A stretch of DNA of 64,000 nucleotides from Nitrosopumilus sp. (lineage in GTDB: Archaea > Thermoproteota > Nitrososphaeria > Nitrososphaerales > Nitrosopumilaceae): contig CBDBLX010000002.1 in assembly GCA_965207445.1 (NCBI GenBank), positions 1,335,849 through 1,399,848 on the forward strand, written 5' to 3'. The stretch's first letter is position 1. Every line of letters begins with the position of its first letter. The notes under the pieces were generated by a model. It made no database searches. It saw nothing but the letters and a program-made list of their open reading frames with translations, and had not been told where the DNA came from. The translations under genes were made by a program, and so were the position numbers. Below are positions 20,881-31,894 of the stretch, one piece after another.

Positions 20881-23568
20881 CTAGGGTAGTACAGTGATCA
20901 CGACATCTTCGTGGACGGTAACGCTGCCATCATGTACAGTAAAGATGACAACATGTGTGCCGACATCCTCTGGCGTTGGTGTCCATGTGAATGTATCCTC
21001 ATGTATGGTACCAAATGCAGAGTTGACTAGATATTTGAGATCATCAACTGGTACATCCAAGTCAGTGGCAGACAGGACAATGGCAAGTGTTGAACCCACA
21101 ACTATTGATTGTGATCCGATCGTATCAAGTACCGGAGGCTGATTAGTCTCACTTACCACTATATCAAAGGATATACTATCGGATTGCGGAGGTGAACCGT
21201 CATCTGTTGCCGTTATCGTGACGCCGTATGTGCCATGTCCATGTGACTCATCAGGCGTCCATCTAAATATGCCACTGTCTGGTGTGATAGTAGCCCCTGG
21301 TGGCGCGTTTTGAATAGAATATGTCAAAGACTGCTCTTTATTCTCATCAGTGGCAGATGCATTAACAGTCAATAGTTTACCTTCTGTGGCGTTCTGCTGC
21401 TGTACTATGAAATCAAACACAGGCGGCACATTGGGTGTTAGCATGACTGTAATCTTGACGTCTTCGTGGTCTGCGAGTCCCTGATCAAAGACGGTGAACC
21501 GTACTGTGTGGACACCTATGTCCTCTGGTGTTGGCGTCCATACAAATGCATTATTGTGCATGTAACCGAATGTGGAGTTGACTAGATACTCTAGTTCATC
21601 GGCGGCAGGTACATCTGGGTCAGTAGCTGATAGTACAATGGCAAGTGGTACGTCTACTATTGCCGATACATTACCAATTGTAGCAAGCATTGGAGGCTGG
21701 TTAGTCTCACTTACCACTATATCAAAGGATATGCTATCGGACTGCATCCAGTCATCTGTCACCGTTATCGTGACGCCGTATGTGCCTTGTCCATGTGACT
21801 CATCAGGTGTCCATCTAAATATGCCACTGTCTGGTGTGATAGTAGCCCCTGGTGGCGCATTATCAATATAATATGTCAAGTTTTGTGCCATGTAACCTGC
21901 GTCTGTTGGATGTGCAGTAAGAATTAGCTCTGTTCCCTCACTGACGTTTTGTGTGCTTATGTGTGCGAGGCGCAGTGGATTTGTGATTAGAGGACGTACC
22001 GTAATCTCAACGTCTTCGTAGTCTGAGAGCCCCAAATCAGACACTGTAAATCGTACTGTATGAACGCCGGCATCCTCAGGCGTTGGCGTCCAGATAAACG
22101 TTTGATCATATATAGTACCACCAGTAGAGTTGGTAGAGTACACAAGTGCATTGATAGGAATGTCGCTGTCAATTGCGTGCATGTCAACTATGAGTGTAGC
22201 GCCAACATCAACTGACAGTGGTCCGATTGCAGCAAGTGTTGGGGATTGATTCTCCTCACTTACCACTACAGTGACAGCCTCGCTGTCGGACATCGGATAC
22301 TGTCCATCATCTGTGGCCACCACTGTGATGTGATATGTGCCTGGTCCCTGAGACTCATCAGGCGTCCATCTAAATATGCCACTGTCTGGTGTGATAGTAG
22401 CCCCTGGTGGCGCACCATAAAGCAGATATGTCATGTTCTGTCCTGCATCTGTATCTACTGCTGATGCAGTAAATGTCAGTGTTGAACCCTCAAATACTGT
22501 CAGCGCACCTATGGTGTCCAGGTGAGGTGGTGCGTTTGGTGCAAAGATTGTATCAAACAAAGAGAATATCTGTATGTTATAGCGCGTATTATCCAATACA
22601 AACAGATGGGTAGAGTTGGATGCAATAGAAGTAATAAATTCAAACTCTCCGTCTTTGAGTCCACCGCTACTACCATTGAACCCACTAATGTAGTTGCCAT
22701 CTGAGTCAAATATTGAAATATCGTCCCTCATAATGTCAGATACGAGCACATACTGTGAAACGTACACAATATCACTTGGCATCTGGAACTCTCCGTCTTT
22801 GAATCCACTACCTCCAAATATACTAACATAGTTGCCCTCAGAGTCAAATATCTGAATGTCATCAGTCCACGCATCGGCTGCAAATATGTGCGTAGAGTTT
22901 GATCCGATTGCGCTCAGATTAGTAAACGACTCACTACCCCACCTCGAATCTCCAAAAGACTTTATGTAGTTTCCAGAAGAGTCATACATACGAATAGTGT
23001 GATGGTCTGCGATGAATATGTTAGATCCTGCAACTGTAATGTCATGTTTTGTCAGAACATCCATATCAGGATCATACTCGTAACTCATATCAAAGTGACT
23101 CACGTATGTGCCCGAAGAGTCAAACACTTGGACGCGTAAATTCTTTGTGTCACATACAAGTAAATGTGTGCCGTTGTAGACCATGCCTGTAGGTGAGTTG
23201 AATCCACTGATATCATCAGTGTGGCCGTATCCACCCAACATGCCTGCAAACGTACCATTATTGTGAAATATCTGGATATAGTGACGATCATACTGAGTTA
23301 CAAACAAATGAGTTGAATTAGTTTCAATAAATGCCAGATTCGTAAACTCATCATTATTAATTCCAAATGATCCAAAACCAGATACAAAGTCCGGCGTGGT
23401 GTCTATCTGTGGATAGACAGGTGCCTGCCAATTAGCAGATGCATATTTTATGCCCTCTGGACCAAAGTCCCATTCTGACACGCCACCCACATACAGAAGA
23501 AACACCGTGGAGATTACCACTGTAAAAAATCTAAGATTCATCAGAGTCGAGATCATAATACCTATCAT
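20881..23568 (-). CDS. Surface protein: NHL-repeat beta-propeller + six cadherin-like/He_PIG Ig domains
   Basis: NHL repeats (G..DGEF..P.DI, SNSTHLFV.D); repeated N.PP.L..IG, A.D.D, F.WTP motifs; N-terminal TM/signal. Confidence 0.85.
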   Translation of the reverse strand: MIGIMISTLMNLRFFTVVISTVFLLYVGGVSEWDFGPEGIKYASANWQAPVYPQIDTTPDFVSGFGSFGINNDEFTNLAFIETNSTHLFVTQYDRHYIQIFHNNGTFAGMLGGYGHTDDISGFNSPTGMVYNGTHLLVCDTKNLRVQVFDSSGTYVSHFDMSYEYDPDMDVLTKHDITVAGSNIFIADHHTIRMYDSSGNYIKSFGDSRWGSESFTNLSAIGSNSTHIFAADAWTDDIQIFDSEGNYVSIFGGSGFKDGEFQMPSDIVYVSQYVLVSDIMRDDISIFDSDGNYISGFNGSSGGLKDGEFEFITSIASNSTHLFVLDNTRYNIQIFSLFDTIFAPNAPPHLDTIGALTVFEGSTLTFTASAVDTDAGQNMTYLLYGAPPGATITPDSGIFRWTPDESQGPGTYHITVVATDDGQYPMSDSEAVTVVVSEENQSPTLAAIGPLSVDVGATLIVDMHAIDSDIPINALVYSTNSTGGTIYDQTFIWTPTPEDAGVHTVRFTVSDLGLSDYEDVEITVRPLITNPLRLAHISTQNVSEGTELILTAHPTDAGYMAQNLTYYIDNAPPGATITPDSGIFRWTPDESHGQGTYGVTITVTDDWMQSDSISFDIVVSETNQPPMLATIGNVSAIVDVPLAIVLSATDPDVPAADELEYLVNSTFGYMHNNAFVWTPTPEDIGVHTVRFTVFDQGLADHEDVKITVMLTPNVPPVFDFIVQQQNATEGKLLTVNASATDENKEQSLTYSIQNAPPGATITPDSGIFRWTPDESHGHGTYGVTITATDDGSPPQSDSISFDIVVSETNQPPVLDTIGSQSIVVGSTLAIVLSATDLDVPVDDLKYLVNSAFGTIHEDTFTWTPTPEDVGTHVVIFTVHDGSVTVHEDVVITVLP

Positions 23569-23849
23569 ACGGTTATCATAATCTTTGTATTTAACAAAAC
23601 TGCAATTGATGGCGTGTTACATAATTCGATGCGCATCCTATAGGACGACACCGTTGCAATATGACTCGGCAGGCTTGCAGTGACATGTATAAGAATACAA
23701 GATATAATGAGCAGATTTGAAGCCTTACATTTTCAAAAATCAAACATGTTGATCCGGCCCTGTACTTTTTTTTAAATTTGGTGCGTAATTATATGCACAA
23801 ATAGTTGTTTATGTTTATGTTGTTGTTATTAGAATTATAATGTCGCCTC

Positions 23850-24930
23850 CTTTTGGCCAATTTGCAACATTGTGTTATAGGTGCATATATTTAATTTGAT
23901 CTCTTGGTAGATATTCTCCATCTTTCTTGCCATGACCGCACCACCGTATGTTCTCTTGAATGCAGATATCACAATCTCAACAAGCTAACCATAGTCCATA
24001 ATCTACTTGTTTTTTCCACTCTTTGCAGTTTGCCTCACGTTCGGATTCTGTAAGTGATGCAAGTTTCATTGGTGTGGCATCTGGGCCCCCAGTGAACTGC
24101 TCGAGTAGTACATTGGATCTAGCGCAGTCAACGCCACGAGCTTTGGTATTTGAGTTTGTTTGAACTCTCTGATGTTTGGTGTAATGTCTAATTCTCTACA
24201 CATTGAGAATATCTTTCTTGTATCAAAAACACCATCAGCAGTCATAGTAATTTTAGGATATGTCTTGCTCTTGTGATTTTTTTTGCTCTTTGACCTGTCT
24301 GCGTCGCGCGTCAGGTTCAATATCCATATTTCTGAGGACATATTCTAAAAGTTTTTTTGAATACGGGCTGCTCACCTGTTGAGCTGTTTGTGAGGCTAAA
24401 TGACAGAATCTCTGTGGTGTCTCTCTATCAATCATTGACTAGTCAGATAAATCCGCGTCGTACTTTGTGTACAAACGAATGTACTCGTTGCGTGTAAAAG
24501 GTGTCAGCCCAGTACCATTAGGTATCATATTGATTGAAAAATTTTCACAAGTAATCTTTGAGAGACTGTCTTTACAGATACATTTTGTGTATTAATTCAT
24601 CTAAATAGTGTGGTGAAATCAGGATTCCCTCCTTTATAGCCGCCTCACACATACCCTCACATGATCTGTATGGTAGTTGTAATACATCACGTACACGCGA
24701 TACAATTGCTATTGGGCTGTGTGTGTGTACATGAATGGTCGCCCTCATTTGTGCGATTCATGGCAGCTAGCTCCTCTGGATCATTATAGTTTTCAATTAG
24801 GTTTGCTATCATATCAAACAGATGGTGTGAACGTTTGACATACTTGTCATTGTATTCGTATGAGGATTGCTTGTCTGGTTTTCACTGCTTGGTGGTTTTG
24901 TCTACCTGCTCTGCACTTTTGTTCATGATA
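23850..24930 (-). pseudogene. Degraded IS5-family (IS903/ISH1-like) transposase
   Basis: Fragments EGRPFMY, LQLPYRSCEG, TADGVFDTRKIF, VEIVISAFKRTYG across several frames with stops; boundaries approximate. Confidence 0.7.
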
Positions 24931-25079
24931 TAACCTCACCTTTGGTCTGCGTGTGCGGGGCACAAGTAGTGTTAAATTTATCCTTTACAATACTATATTG
25001 CTGATGTTTTGATCTCATCATTTTAGTGATCGATGAGATCTCACATTATGCGTATTTAACCTATTTGTACATCTACATT

Positions 25080-25160
25080 GTAACCGTTCAATCCCCGTAC
25101 CTGCGCCAGACGTTAGGCGGTGAATTTGTGCCTAAATTTGGGAAAGGGTTGAACGGTTAC
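25080..25160. mobile_element. MITE-A, full-length 81 bp
   Basis: TIR GTAACCGTTCAA/TTGAACGGTTAC; flanks ATCTACATT / ATCTACACT (9-bp TSD, 1 mismatch). Confidence 0.88.
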
Positions 25161-25186
25161 ATCTACACTGCTACATAATGGCACAT

Positions 25187-26578
25187 CAGTAGTTCGCAAT
25201 GTGCTCAATTTTTAATGATCTTATTTCTAATTATGCAATGCGACAGATTTACAATGGTAAGGAACCACCGTGCTCCAATTCCCACCGAAGCAGTCTTCTG
25301 ATTGAACCGGCAATTGAATCTACAAACGCATCCATTGTGAATAATTTTTCATCTACAAGTCCGCCGTAATTTTCGTACCTTGCCATTACCCATAAACCAT
25401 ATAATAACATTCCAAAAAATATCAACAGTAATCGAAGCTGCAAGGCGTTGCTAGTTGTCTTTGGAGTCGTGTTTTTTATCACTCTGTATCCCGTCTCTAT
25501 TATCCAGCGCTTGCGATAAGTCTCTGGGATGGTTTTGATGAGTTTGCTTTTGCTAGTGATTTTCATATTTGTGGCAAATGCCACATACTGATCGACTGTT
25601 TTATCAGTTTCTTTGGCATTATTTTTTTTGACGATAAGTAATGTGAACTTTACTGCTTTTTTGTTTTTATCACGCATCTCAATGACTGATGCAGTTTTTC
25701 TCTTTTTGTTGTGAACTTCTAAAATATATTTTTGTATGCGCTTATTTTTAATTGCCGGCATTATGAAAGACAGGCGCAAGCGCAAAAGTTCATCTATGCA
25801 TGCAACATTGTAAAAACCCCGATCAAAGAGGCCAAGTTCCGGACGTGCATCCTCTCGAATTAATTTTTCAATGATTTTACGCATGACTGTGACCATTTTA
25901 TCCTTACTGGTCACACGATGTGCAAACAAAGGTATGTTATCTGGCTTGATTTACCATTTGTGCCGTCATAAATGAATGAAATCTCGCAGTACCATTTTTG
26001 GGCTTTGTTTTTAGCATCTCGGGTTTGAGTGCCTTGCCATAATATTCCCATCCGGTCATATCAATTGCAATAGTACCGCCTTTTTTGAGCATGTTGTGTT
26101 TTTTGGCATTCTTGAGCATTGCTTTGACATTCTCGTCACCCCATTGTTTTACTTTCTCTAGATCTGCACTTTTTAAGCATTTGAGCACAGTATTTTCAGA
26201 TGGTATGTTTATGCGCTCGTTTTTTCTAAAATAGTTAGCCTCATTGCGTTTTCTTTTGTGTGTTGCTGCATTTACGCACATGTTGTTGAGTGACATGGTG
26301 ACAAGTGTACCAAGATAATCATCCACCTCATACGTGTGGTTATATCTGGTTGATATGTCTAGTCCGAGATCGTCGAATCGTTTTCGTAAAACTTTATAAT
26401 TTACTTGTCCTAATTCATATTGATGTTCTAGTACCTCATTTTTCATATATTATCAGAGGTACTAAAATGTCCCCACATATTATACTTTCTATTTGATCTG
26501 ATCAAATATGATCGTCAACGTTCAACGACATTGCAGATTATTTAAATAAAATCATATAAAACACATTGCGAACTACTG
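25187..26578 (-). mobile_element. ISH3-family IS with frameshifted transposase (ORFs 25937-26446 and 25249-25929)
   Basis: 17-bp TIR CAGTAGTTCGCAATGTG; 4-bp TSD ACAT; motifs IAIDMT..EYYG, LFDRGFY, YRKRWIIETGYR; the two ORFs are in different frames. Confidence 0.88.
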
Positions 26579-26597
26579 ACATTGTATAGATCAAATA

Positions 26598-26746
26598 GTG
26601 TGAACCAATCTCCATGACTAATATGATCGTTTAAAAATAACTCCTAACCAAATGCATCATATACACGATACTTGATATACAGACAGGAATATAACCAAAT
26701 ACAAGTATGTGATTTCACTATTGTGTACAATGAGCTTGGTTCACAC
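26598..26746. mobile_element. MITE-B, 149 bp
   Basis: TIR GTGTGAACCAA/TTGGTTCACAC; flanks ATCAAATA / GTCAAATA (8-bp TSD, 1 mismatch); homologous to 28345 and 34395 copies. Confidence 0.88.
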
Positions 26747-26779
26747 GTCAAATACAAATATGGAGATATGTATATGTAC

Positions 26780-26940
26780 ACACAAAATGCCAAGGCGTAT
26801 CCCACGCCATGTTTTGCGCGTATACTTTGTAGGCTTGGAAGCACGGCCCGCTTATGGCTTGTTGTAGGCGTGACTTGACACACCTGCTGGCATCATATCT
26901 TGAGACAGACAGTCTTCCTGTCCAGTTTACAGAGCATTTG
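26780..26940 (+). pseudogene. Possible IS66 TnpC core fragment
   Basis: Translates in part to HTCWHHILR, like the IS66 Q.CWAHLLR motif; heavily degraded. Confidence 0.35.
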
Positions 26941-27056
26941 AGTGGCTTTGAATCGTGTAACGTAGGTTGCGCGGCTCACCATATGGCCACGACCCCAGAG
27001 GCGTATAAATTTACGAATTATGCAACACACTACTAAATAAATCAAAACATTTATCC

Positions 27057-27575
27057 ATGACACAACCCAGATTAATACATATGTCAACTATACTATCTAC
27101 ATTAGAACAAGATGAGATGAAAAAATGGTATACAGAAAGTGATGCATCAGTGTTTGACAGTGCAAAACCTATAACAGAAGCCCTTCCTCTATTAATGAAT
27201 ACACGTCCTTTTGCATTCAAACATGTTTGGGATATTAATTTTGGACCATACTTTCAAACAGATTTAGACAAGGTGCCAGCAGATGTCGAAGAGTGTGCGC
27301 TCTCAAACATTGCTGTTATGTCTGCTGCCAAATTTCCAGGTACTATGGGCAACGATATAAAAGCATATGGATTAATAGGGTGTGAAATTGGTAAGGGATA
27401 TAACATGTTGTATGATATTACAATGCGTAAACACCAGATTATTTTTCATTACCTTCGTAAATATGGCACGGCTTTTCAAGGTAATTTGCGTGTTGTATTA
27501 CCAGATGCAACCTCAAGATCATATGAAGATGGTATTGGTGATATAATTACAAAATCTTACCAAATGAAGGTTTGA
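27057..27575 (+). CDS. Putative antitoxin containing a degenerate RelE-like domain
   Basis: 8 nt upstream of the relE-like gene; residues ~57-137 align by eye with the downstream toxin. Confidence 0.55.
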   Translation: MTQPRLIHMSTILSTLEQDEMKKWYTESDASVFDSAKPITEALPLLMNTRPFAFKHVWDINFGPYFQTDLDKVPADVEECALSNIAVMSAAKFPGTMGNDIKAYGLIGCEIGKGYNMLYDITMRKHQIIFHYLRKYGTAFQGNLRVVLPDATSRSYEDGIGDIITKSYQMKV

Positions 27576-27583
27576 TCACATAA

Positions 27584-27838
27584 ATGACTTGGGGAGTTGA
27601 ACGTACGCCCACTTTTGATCGTCACTATTCTAATTTATCTTCAGAGGCACAAAGACGCTGCGATAATGTCATAACTGAGTTAATCAATGCAGATGACCCA
27701 AGTACGTTAGGTGAACGTCTTACAACTAAGAATTTCAAATATAGATTTGGTGATTATAGACTAATTTACAATGTTAAGCATGTACTTACTCTAGTTGAAT
27801 TGATTGATGTTGGCAAGCGGGGTAGAATTTACCAATAA
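27584..27838 (+). CDS. RelE/ParE-family toxin
   Basis: 84 aa; W.V..TPTF, P..LG..L, YRFGDYRLIYNV, LIDVGKRGRIY pattern. Confidence 0.85.
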   Translation: MTWGVERTPTFDRHYSNLSSEAQRRCDNVITELINADDPSTLGERLTTKNFKYRFGDYRLIYNVKHVLTLVELIDVGKRGRIYQ

Positions 27839-27858
27839 TGTGATAAAAATGAACTCTG

Positions 27859-28253
27859 CTGTCTTTTCTTGATTTAACTTTGCATTATGTTGCGCAAAAG
27901 AACCATGTTTTGATTTAATGCAACGATGTTCTCTTTCATATAGCCAATCGTATCGCACAACTGTAACCTTGTCATTTAATTCACCAATCTTGCGGTACGC
28001 CGTGTCTCTTTTGGCGTGCATGCGATCAATTTCCAAAGGCATCACACATACACCCCCCATCCGATCACATGTGTTGTGGTTAAATCCCCATTGTACAATA
28101 TTGCATTGTTGATGTTTCTATTTGTCATTTTTGTTAGACAATGACAAATAGCGACATCTTAAAAGCATGTTATCTGTATATTTAACGTCGTGCTTTGTGG
28201 TCAGAACATGCGTGCCTATTTATGTTCATTAGTAATTAGACCTGAACCCTTAC
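27859..28253 (-). mobile_element. Truncated IS66-like left end with coiled-coil N-terminal ORF (copy 1)
   Basis: ~400-bp direct repeat with 31895-32295; minus-strand terminus GTAAGGGTTCAGG; internal hairpin CTATTTGTCATT...AATGACAAATAG. Confidence 0.65.
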
Positions 28254-28344
28254 GTTTAGGGCACCCAGGCAGTTAACCGTGTATTGCGCCTTTTGCGCAT
28301 CATGGTAAGTGATGGACTGGTGGATTTTTGCAAGCCCGCCAGAA

Positions 28345-28493
28345 GTGTAAACCAATCTCCATGGCTAATATGATCGTTTAAAAACATCTCCTAGCCAAAT
28401 GTACCACATACACGATACGTGATATACAGACAGGAACATAACCAAATACAAGTATATGATTTTATTATTGTGTTAAATGAGCTTGGATCACAC
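28345..28493. mobile_element. MITE-B, 149 bp (degenerate TIRs)
   Basis: Colinear and highly similar to 26598-26746; no TSD. Confidence 0.82.
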
Positions 28494-28724
28494 CACAGTT
28501 TTGACACACTATGGTGTAGAAATCTACCCATGTAATTGACACTGACGTTAACATCTTTTCTTTTGTCTGTCTGCTAGGCCGGGAGTGACTCGGAGATATC
28601 TTTTCTATTACTGACGGCGCTATTTGTCAATTGCTAACGATGTACCGCACAACTACATGATTGTACTCTTTGTCAGAAAGAATCTGGCGTACAAGCCCCC
28701 CGCGTACATGGCAATATCTATCTG

Positions 28725-29300
28725 TTAACATTCGACGATCTGATCTAGCTTATCCTTGGAATCGATAGGATACACCCTATCGTCGTGCAACGTAATATCT
28801 CTAATCTCGTCAAAAGTGGCTCTGTCACGAGATGCTATAATTATTGCCCAGTCTGTCCATTTTTTACTATCACGAATACCATCAAGCAGGACAAGGAATT
28901 TTTCATCGCTTCGATCCGATAGTCTACGTCTGGGTGTGGGGCCTATTTGATTTTTGTACATTCTGAGAGACAAAAAAATCTTGTCATCACGAAAGACTGG
29001 TTGTTTGTTGCCGATCTTTTTTTCAAAAATATGGCGAATCTGTTTTCCAACCTGTTTATGTCCCGCGTGAGAAAGACCTGTACAATAGTCATCAAGTATT
29101 TGTTTATTTGCAAAAAGAGTTATGGTCCTATCATACGGATGTGGATTTGTTTTTGAGACAATTTTTTTAATCCATTCCACAAGTTGTTGGACAAACGTGA
29201 TGGAAGGATCGGATGATTCTATAATGTCACGGAGAATGTTGGTGTCTACAACTAATCCGATACTCTTTTTCTTGATCAATTTAGCTCGAAAATTCGTCAA
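28725..29300 (-). CDS. PIN-domain ribonuclease-like protein
   Basis: VVDTNIL, ILDDY, SDEKFL, ASRD acidic motifs in PIN order; overlaps the ATPase stop; start codon uncertain. Confidence 0.7.
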   Translation of the reverse strand: MTNFRAKLIKKKSIGLVVDTNILRDIIESSDPSITFVQQLVEWIKKIVSKTNPHPYDRTITLFANKQILDDYCTGLSHAGHKQVGKQIRHIFEKKIGNKQPVFRDDKIFLSLRMYKNQIGPTPRRRLSDRSDEKFLVLLDGIRDSKKWTDWAIIIASRDRATFDEIRDITLHDDRVYPIDSKDKLDQIVEC

Positions 29301-30510
29301 TCAGTGCATCAATCGCTTCATCAAAAATAGGCTGTTCGGCCTCTCCGTTTCGGTCTACTTCAATGTGCTCGATTGTAGTGGTGGTATGAGGGGTGCGATT
29401 AAAGTAGTATAAGTTTAGATCGGAATGTTTTATCTTTCCCCTACTAACCAATCCCAACAGTTTTTTAACAATATAGTCGCTGTGTGTGGTAAAGATTAAG
29501 TTGGTTTTTTTAGAATAGGATATGTCTTGTAGTATTTCAAGAAGTTTTAGTTGTTTGGCCGGTTCCAAATGTGCTTCTGGTTCCTCTATGATCAATGTTC
29601 CATTTGGTTCTACATAATGCATTCCGGCAATAATTGGAAATGCGGCGATTGTTCCAGAACCTGCGGACTCTAGTTTCGTGGTAAACCCGGTGGGATCTTT
29701 GTAGAATAGACGTGGCAGGCCCAATGGACTTTTTGAGATCACGTTTCCTAGGAATAGATCTGAAAACAATCTTCTAATGTTTGTGTCAAGATCGTCTGCT
29801 TGCGATGACAGTATCAGATTGTAGAATTGTTCTAGGTAATCTGGCATACTGTTAGCTGAGCGTGTAAATTTTTTGAGATCTTTGGTAGTGATCCTGTCAG
29901 GTAGATGCGATCTGCCAGTTCCAAAAACCCGCAACAAGTCATTCAGTAGTTGGCTTCGAATATGTGCAATATTTGTAAAGAATTGAATTGTTCCAGTCCG
30001 TCCTGCAGGGATATACACACTGTCGTATGTATTGGCAAATTCTTGTAGGGCAAAATAGAGAATATGGCTATTTACAGCATGGTTCCTGTCCAGAGTTTTT
30101 TTATCTATCGTAAAGTCTAGTGGTTTGTTTAGACGTCTTACGTGTATTGAACATTTGCTCTTTCCGTGCGTAACGATATCAAAAATAGGGATGTCTGATT
30201 TATCCAGTATTGCGTGCAAGTACAGATCGTTGTAATCTTTCTTTTCTAATTGCAAATATTTCTTTATCGTTGATGAGTTTAATAGTTTTGAGAGTGGGGG
30301 TGTTGAGTTAATGCCGTGTATTAATCTCGATGTAAGTGATTTTCCAGAGTTGTTTGGTCCAAAGAAGACGTTGATCTTGTTTTGCCTGATCGTGCCTTTT
30401 TTGATGGGGCCAAAATTCTCAAAAGAAATCTCTTTAAATCTCATATGCCCGTTGCTGCCTCGGACTATATGTGCTTTTGTCGTATGGTGAGGTTGGTGCG
30501 TAATTGACAT
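29281..30510 (-). CDS. ABC-type/AAA_21 ATPase
   Basis: NFGPI; Walker A GPNNSGKS; YIPAGR; SAGSG signature; Walker B IIEEPEAHL; TTHSDY. Confidence 0.88.
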   Translation of the reverse strand: MSITHQPHHTTKAHIVRGSNGHMRFKEISFENFGPIKKGTIRQNKINVFFGPNNSGKSLTSRLIHGINSTPPLSKLLNSSTIKKYLQLEKKDYNDLYLHAILDKSDIPIFDIVTHGKSKCSIHVRRLNKPLDFTIDKKTLDRNHAVNSHILYFALQEFANTYDSVYIPAGRTGTIQFFTNIAHIRSQLLNDLLRVFGTGRSHLPDRITTKDLKKFTRSANSMPDYLEQFYNLILSSQADDLDTNIRRLFSDLFLGNVISKSPLGLPRLFYKDPTGFTTKLESAGSGTIAAFPIIAGMHYVEPNGTLIIEEPEAHLEPAKQLKLLEILQDISYSKKTNLIFTTHSDYIVKKLLGLVSRGKIKHSDLNLYYFNRTPHTTTTIEHIEVDRNGEAEQPIFDEAIDALIDEFSS

Positions 30511-30684
30511 TAGCCTGCCTGTGACCCTTCTATGAGATTATTGAATAATTTAATTTATACATATAAAACTCTGGTGATATTTCCAGATAACTTTGCAAGT
30601 ACGATGCAGGTGGCGATTTGATGAATTACACATCAACCTCATTGAGCACAAAAAACTTTTAACTGATATATGTATACTATTATT

Positions 30685-30867
30685 ATGTCATATAATGAAG
30701 AGCAAGATGCGGCTGAAGCTGAAGCTTTAAAAATGGATGCAGAAAAGACCGCACAATCTATCATAGACAGTGTACCATCAGATACATCAGATTCAGAAGC
30801 TGTAAGTAAATGGCAATCAGAGGCTTTAAATGCCTTGAATGACTTGTATAATAGAGCTAGTGGATAA
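30685..30867 (+). CDS. Small acidic helical protein (module 1, gene a)
   Basis: 60 aa from ATG 30685, BRE/TATA-like AAAAACTTTTAA ~25 nt upstream. Confidence 0.5.
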   Translation: MSYNEEQDAAEAEALKMDAEKTAQSIIDSVPSDTSDSEAVSKWQSEALNALNDLYNRASG

Positions 30868-30868
30868 A

Positions 30869-31007
30869 ATGTCAAAACGGGAGGAAATATCTTACACGAA
30901 TTCGACAATTTGTTACAGAACTTATTGCTTTATTACAACGTGTAAATTTGAGTCCTGAAATGGTATCTGAAATAATCATATATTTGGGTAAATTGTTTGG
31001 ATTGTGA
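30869..31007 (+). pseudogene. Frameshifted small amphipathic protein (module 1, gene b)
   Basis: MSKREE + shifted YLTRIRQFVTELIALLQRVNLSPEMVSEI resembles the 32484-32645 product. Confidence 0.45.
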
Positions 31008-31020
31008 GGATGAAAAAATA

Positions 31021-31440
31021 ATGAAAAATCAGCAAGTCCTTTATTTGATTGATACATCAATGTTGGGTGCGTGCGTAATACTCATAACAATATTCATGTC
31101 TTTAAACATGGTAGTTGACACAGATATACCACATTCAGGAACAATCTCAGTCTTTGCAGCCTTTATGTGGGGTGTTTCATGTTTATGGTATTGGCTGTTA
31201 AGAGGTGCTACACCACTTACGCATTCATATGTGTGGCTTGCATTATCTTCTGTAGGCGTGTTTGTTTGGGGTATTATAACAGTTTCATTTATGGTATCAT
31301 TTTTTGTCTGGCATGAAGTTACAGTCAATCCTTTGACGATACTTGTCTTTTTGATGTCTTTGCGGATGCTTGCACATGTAGTATTGCTTACTTTAAGGGA
31401 TGTTTCAGTGGCGAGAATGTATTTTCACCAACCACAATAA
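31021..31440 (+). CDS. Four-TM membrane protein (module 1, gene c)
   Basis: Four hydrophobic segments; LYLID..., W..L.GA.P pattern shared with 32645-33037. Confidence 0.6.
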   Translation: MKNQQVLYLIDTSMLGACVILITIFMSLNMVVDTDIPHSGTISVFAAFMWGVSCLWYWLLRGATPLTHSYVWLALSSVGVFVWGIITVSFMVSFFVWHEVTVNPLTILVFLMSLRMLAHVVLLTLRDVSVARMYFHQPQ

Positions 31441-31894
31441 TTTGTTGCATAATTCGCCAATCTCCATGGCAGAGCGAAATTTGCAGTAGAATTCTGGCAA
31501 GGCCTAACACGATTACAGAAAGACGTGCGTCACTATGCCGCTAAAACTTGTGGATTCATGTTAAAAAAATGCCAAGTGATGCCAAAGCAATGTATTTCAA
31601 ATCACACATAATGTGATTCATCTGCACCGTTCGTGTCTCTGTTCATAGACTCGTTGTACTTTTTAGCCATATAAGATCAAGTTCTTTTTGAAACTTTGCA
31701 CGTTTGCCACCATATGGCTTGGATTTGGATGGGCTGCCATTATATCCATATTCTATTGTAAATTTTTATTAGTCCTGATAATTCTACCTTTAATCTCTCT
31801 ATCAACTCGTCTTTGTTTTGATTTTTCGCTACAAGACCTGAAATGCCCATCTCCCTCACCACCTCCATTACACTCTTGAACAAATTCCCAACGT

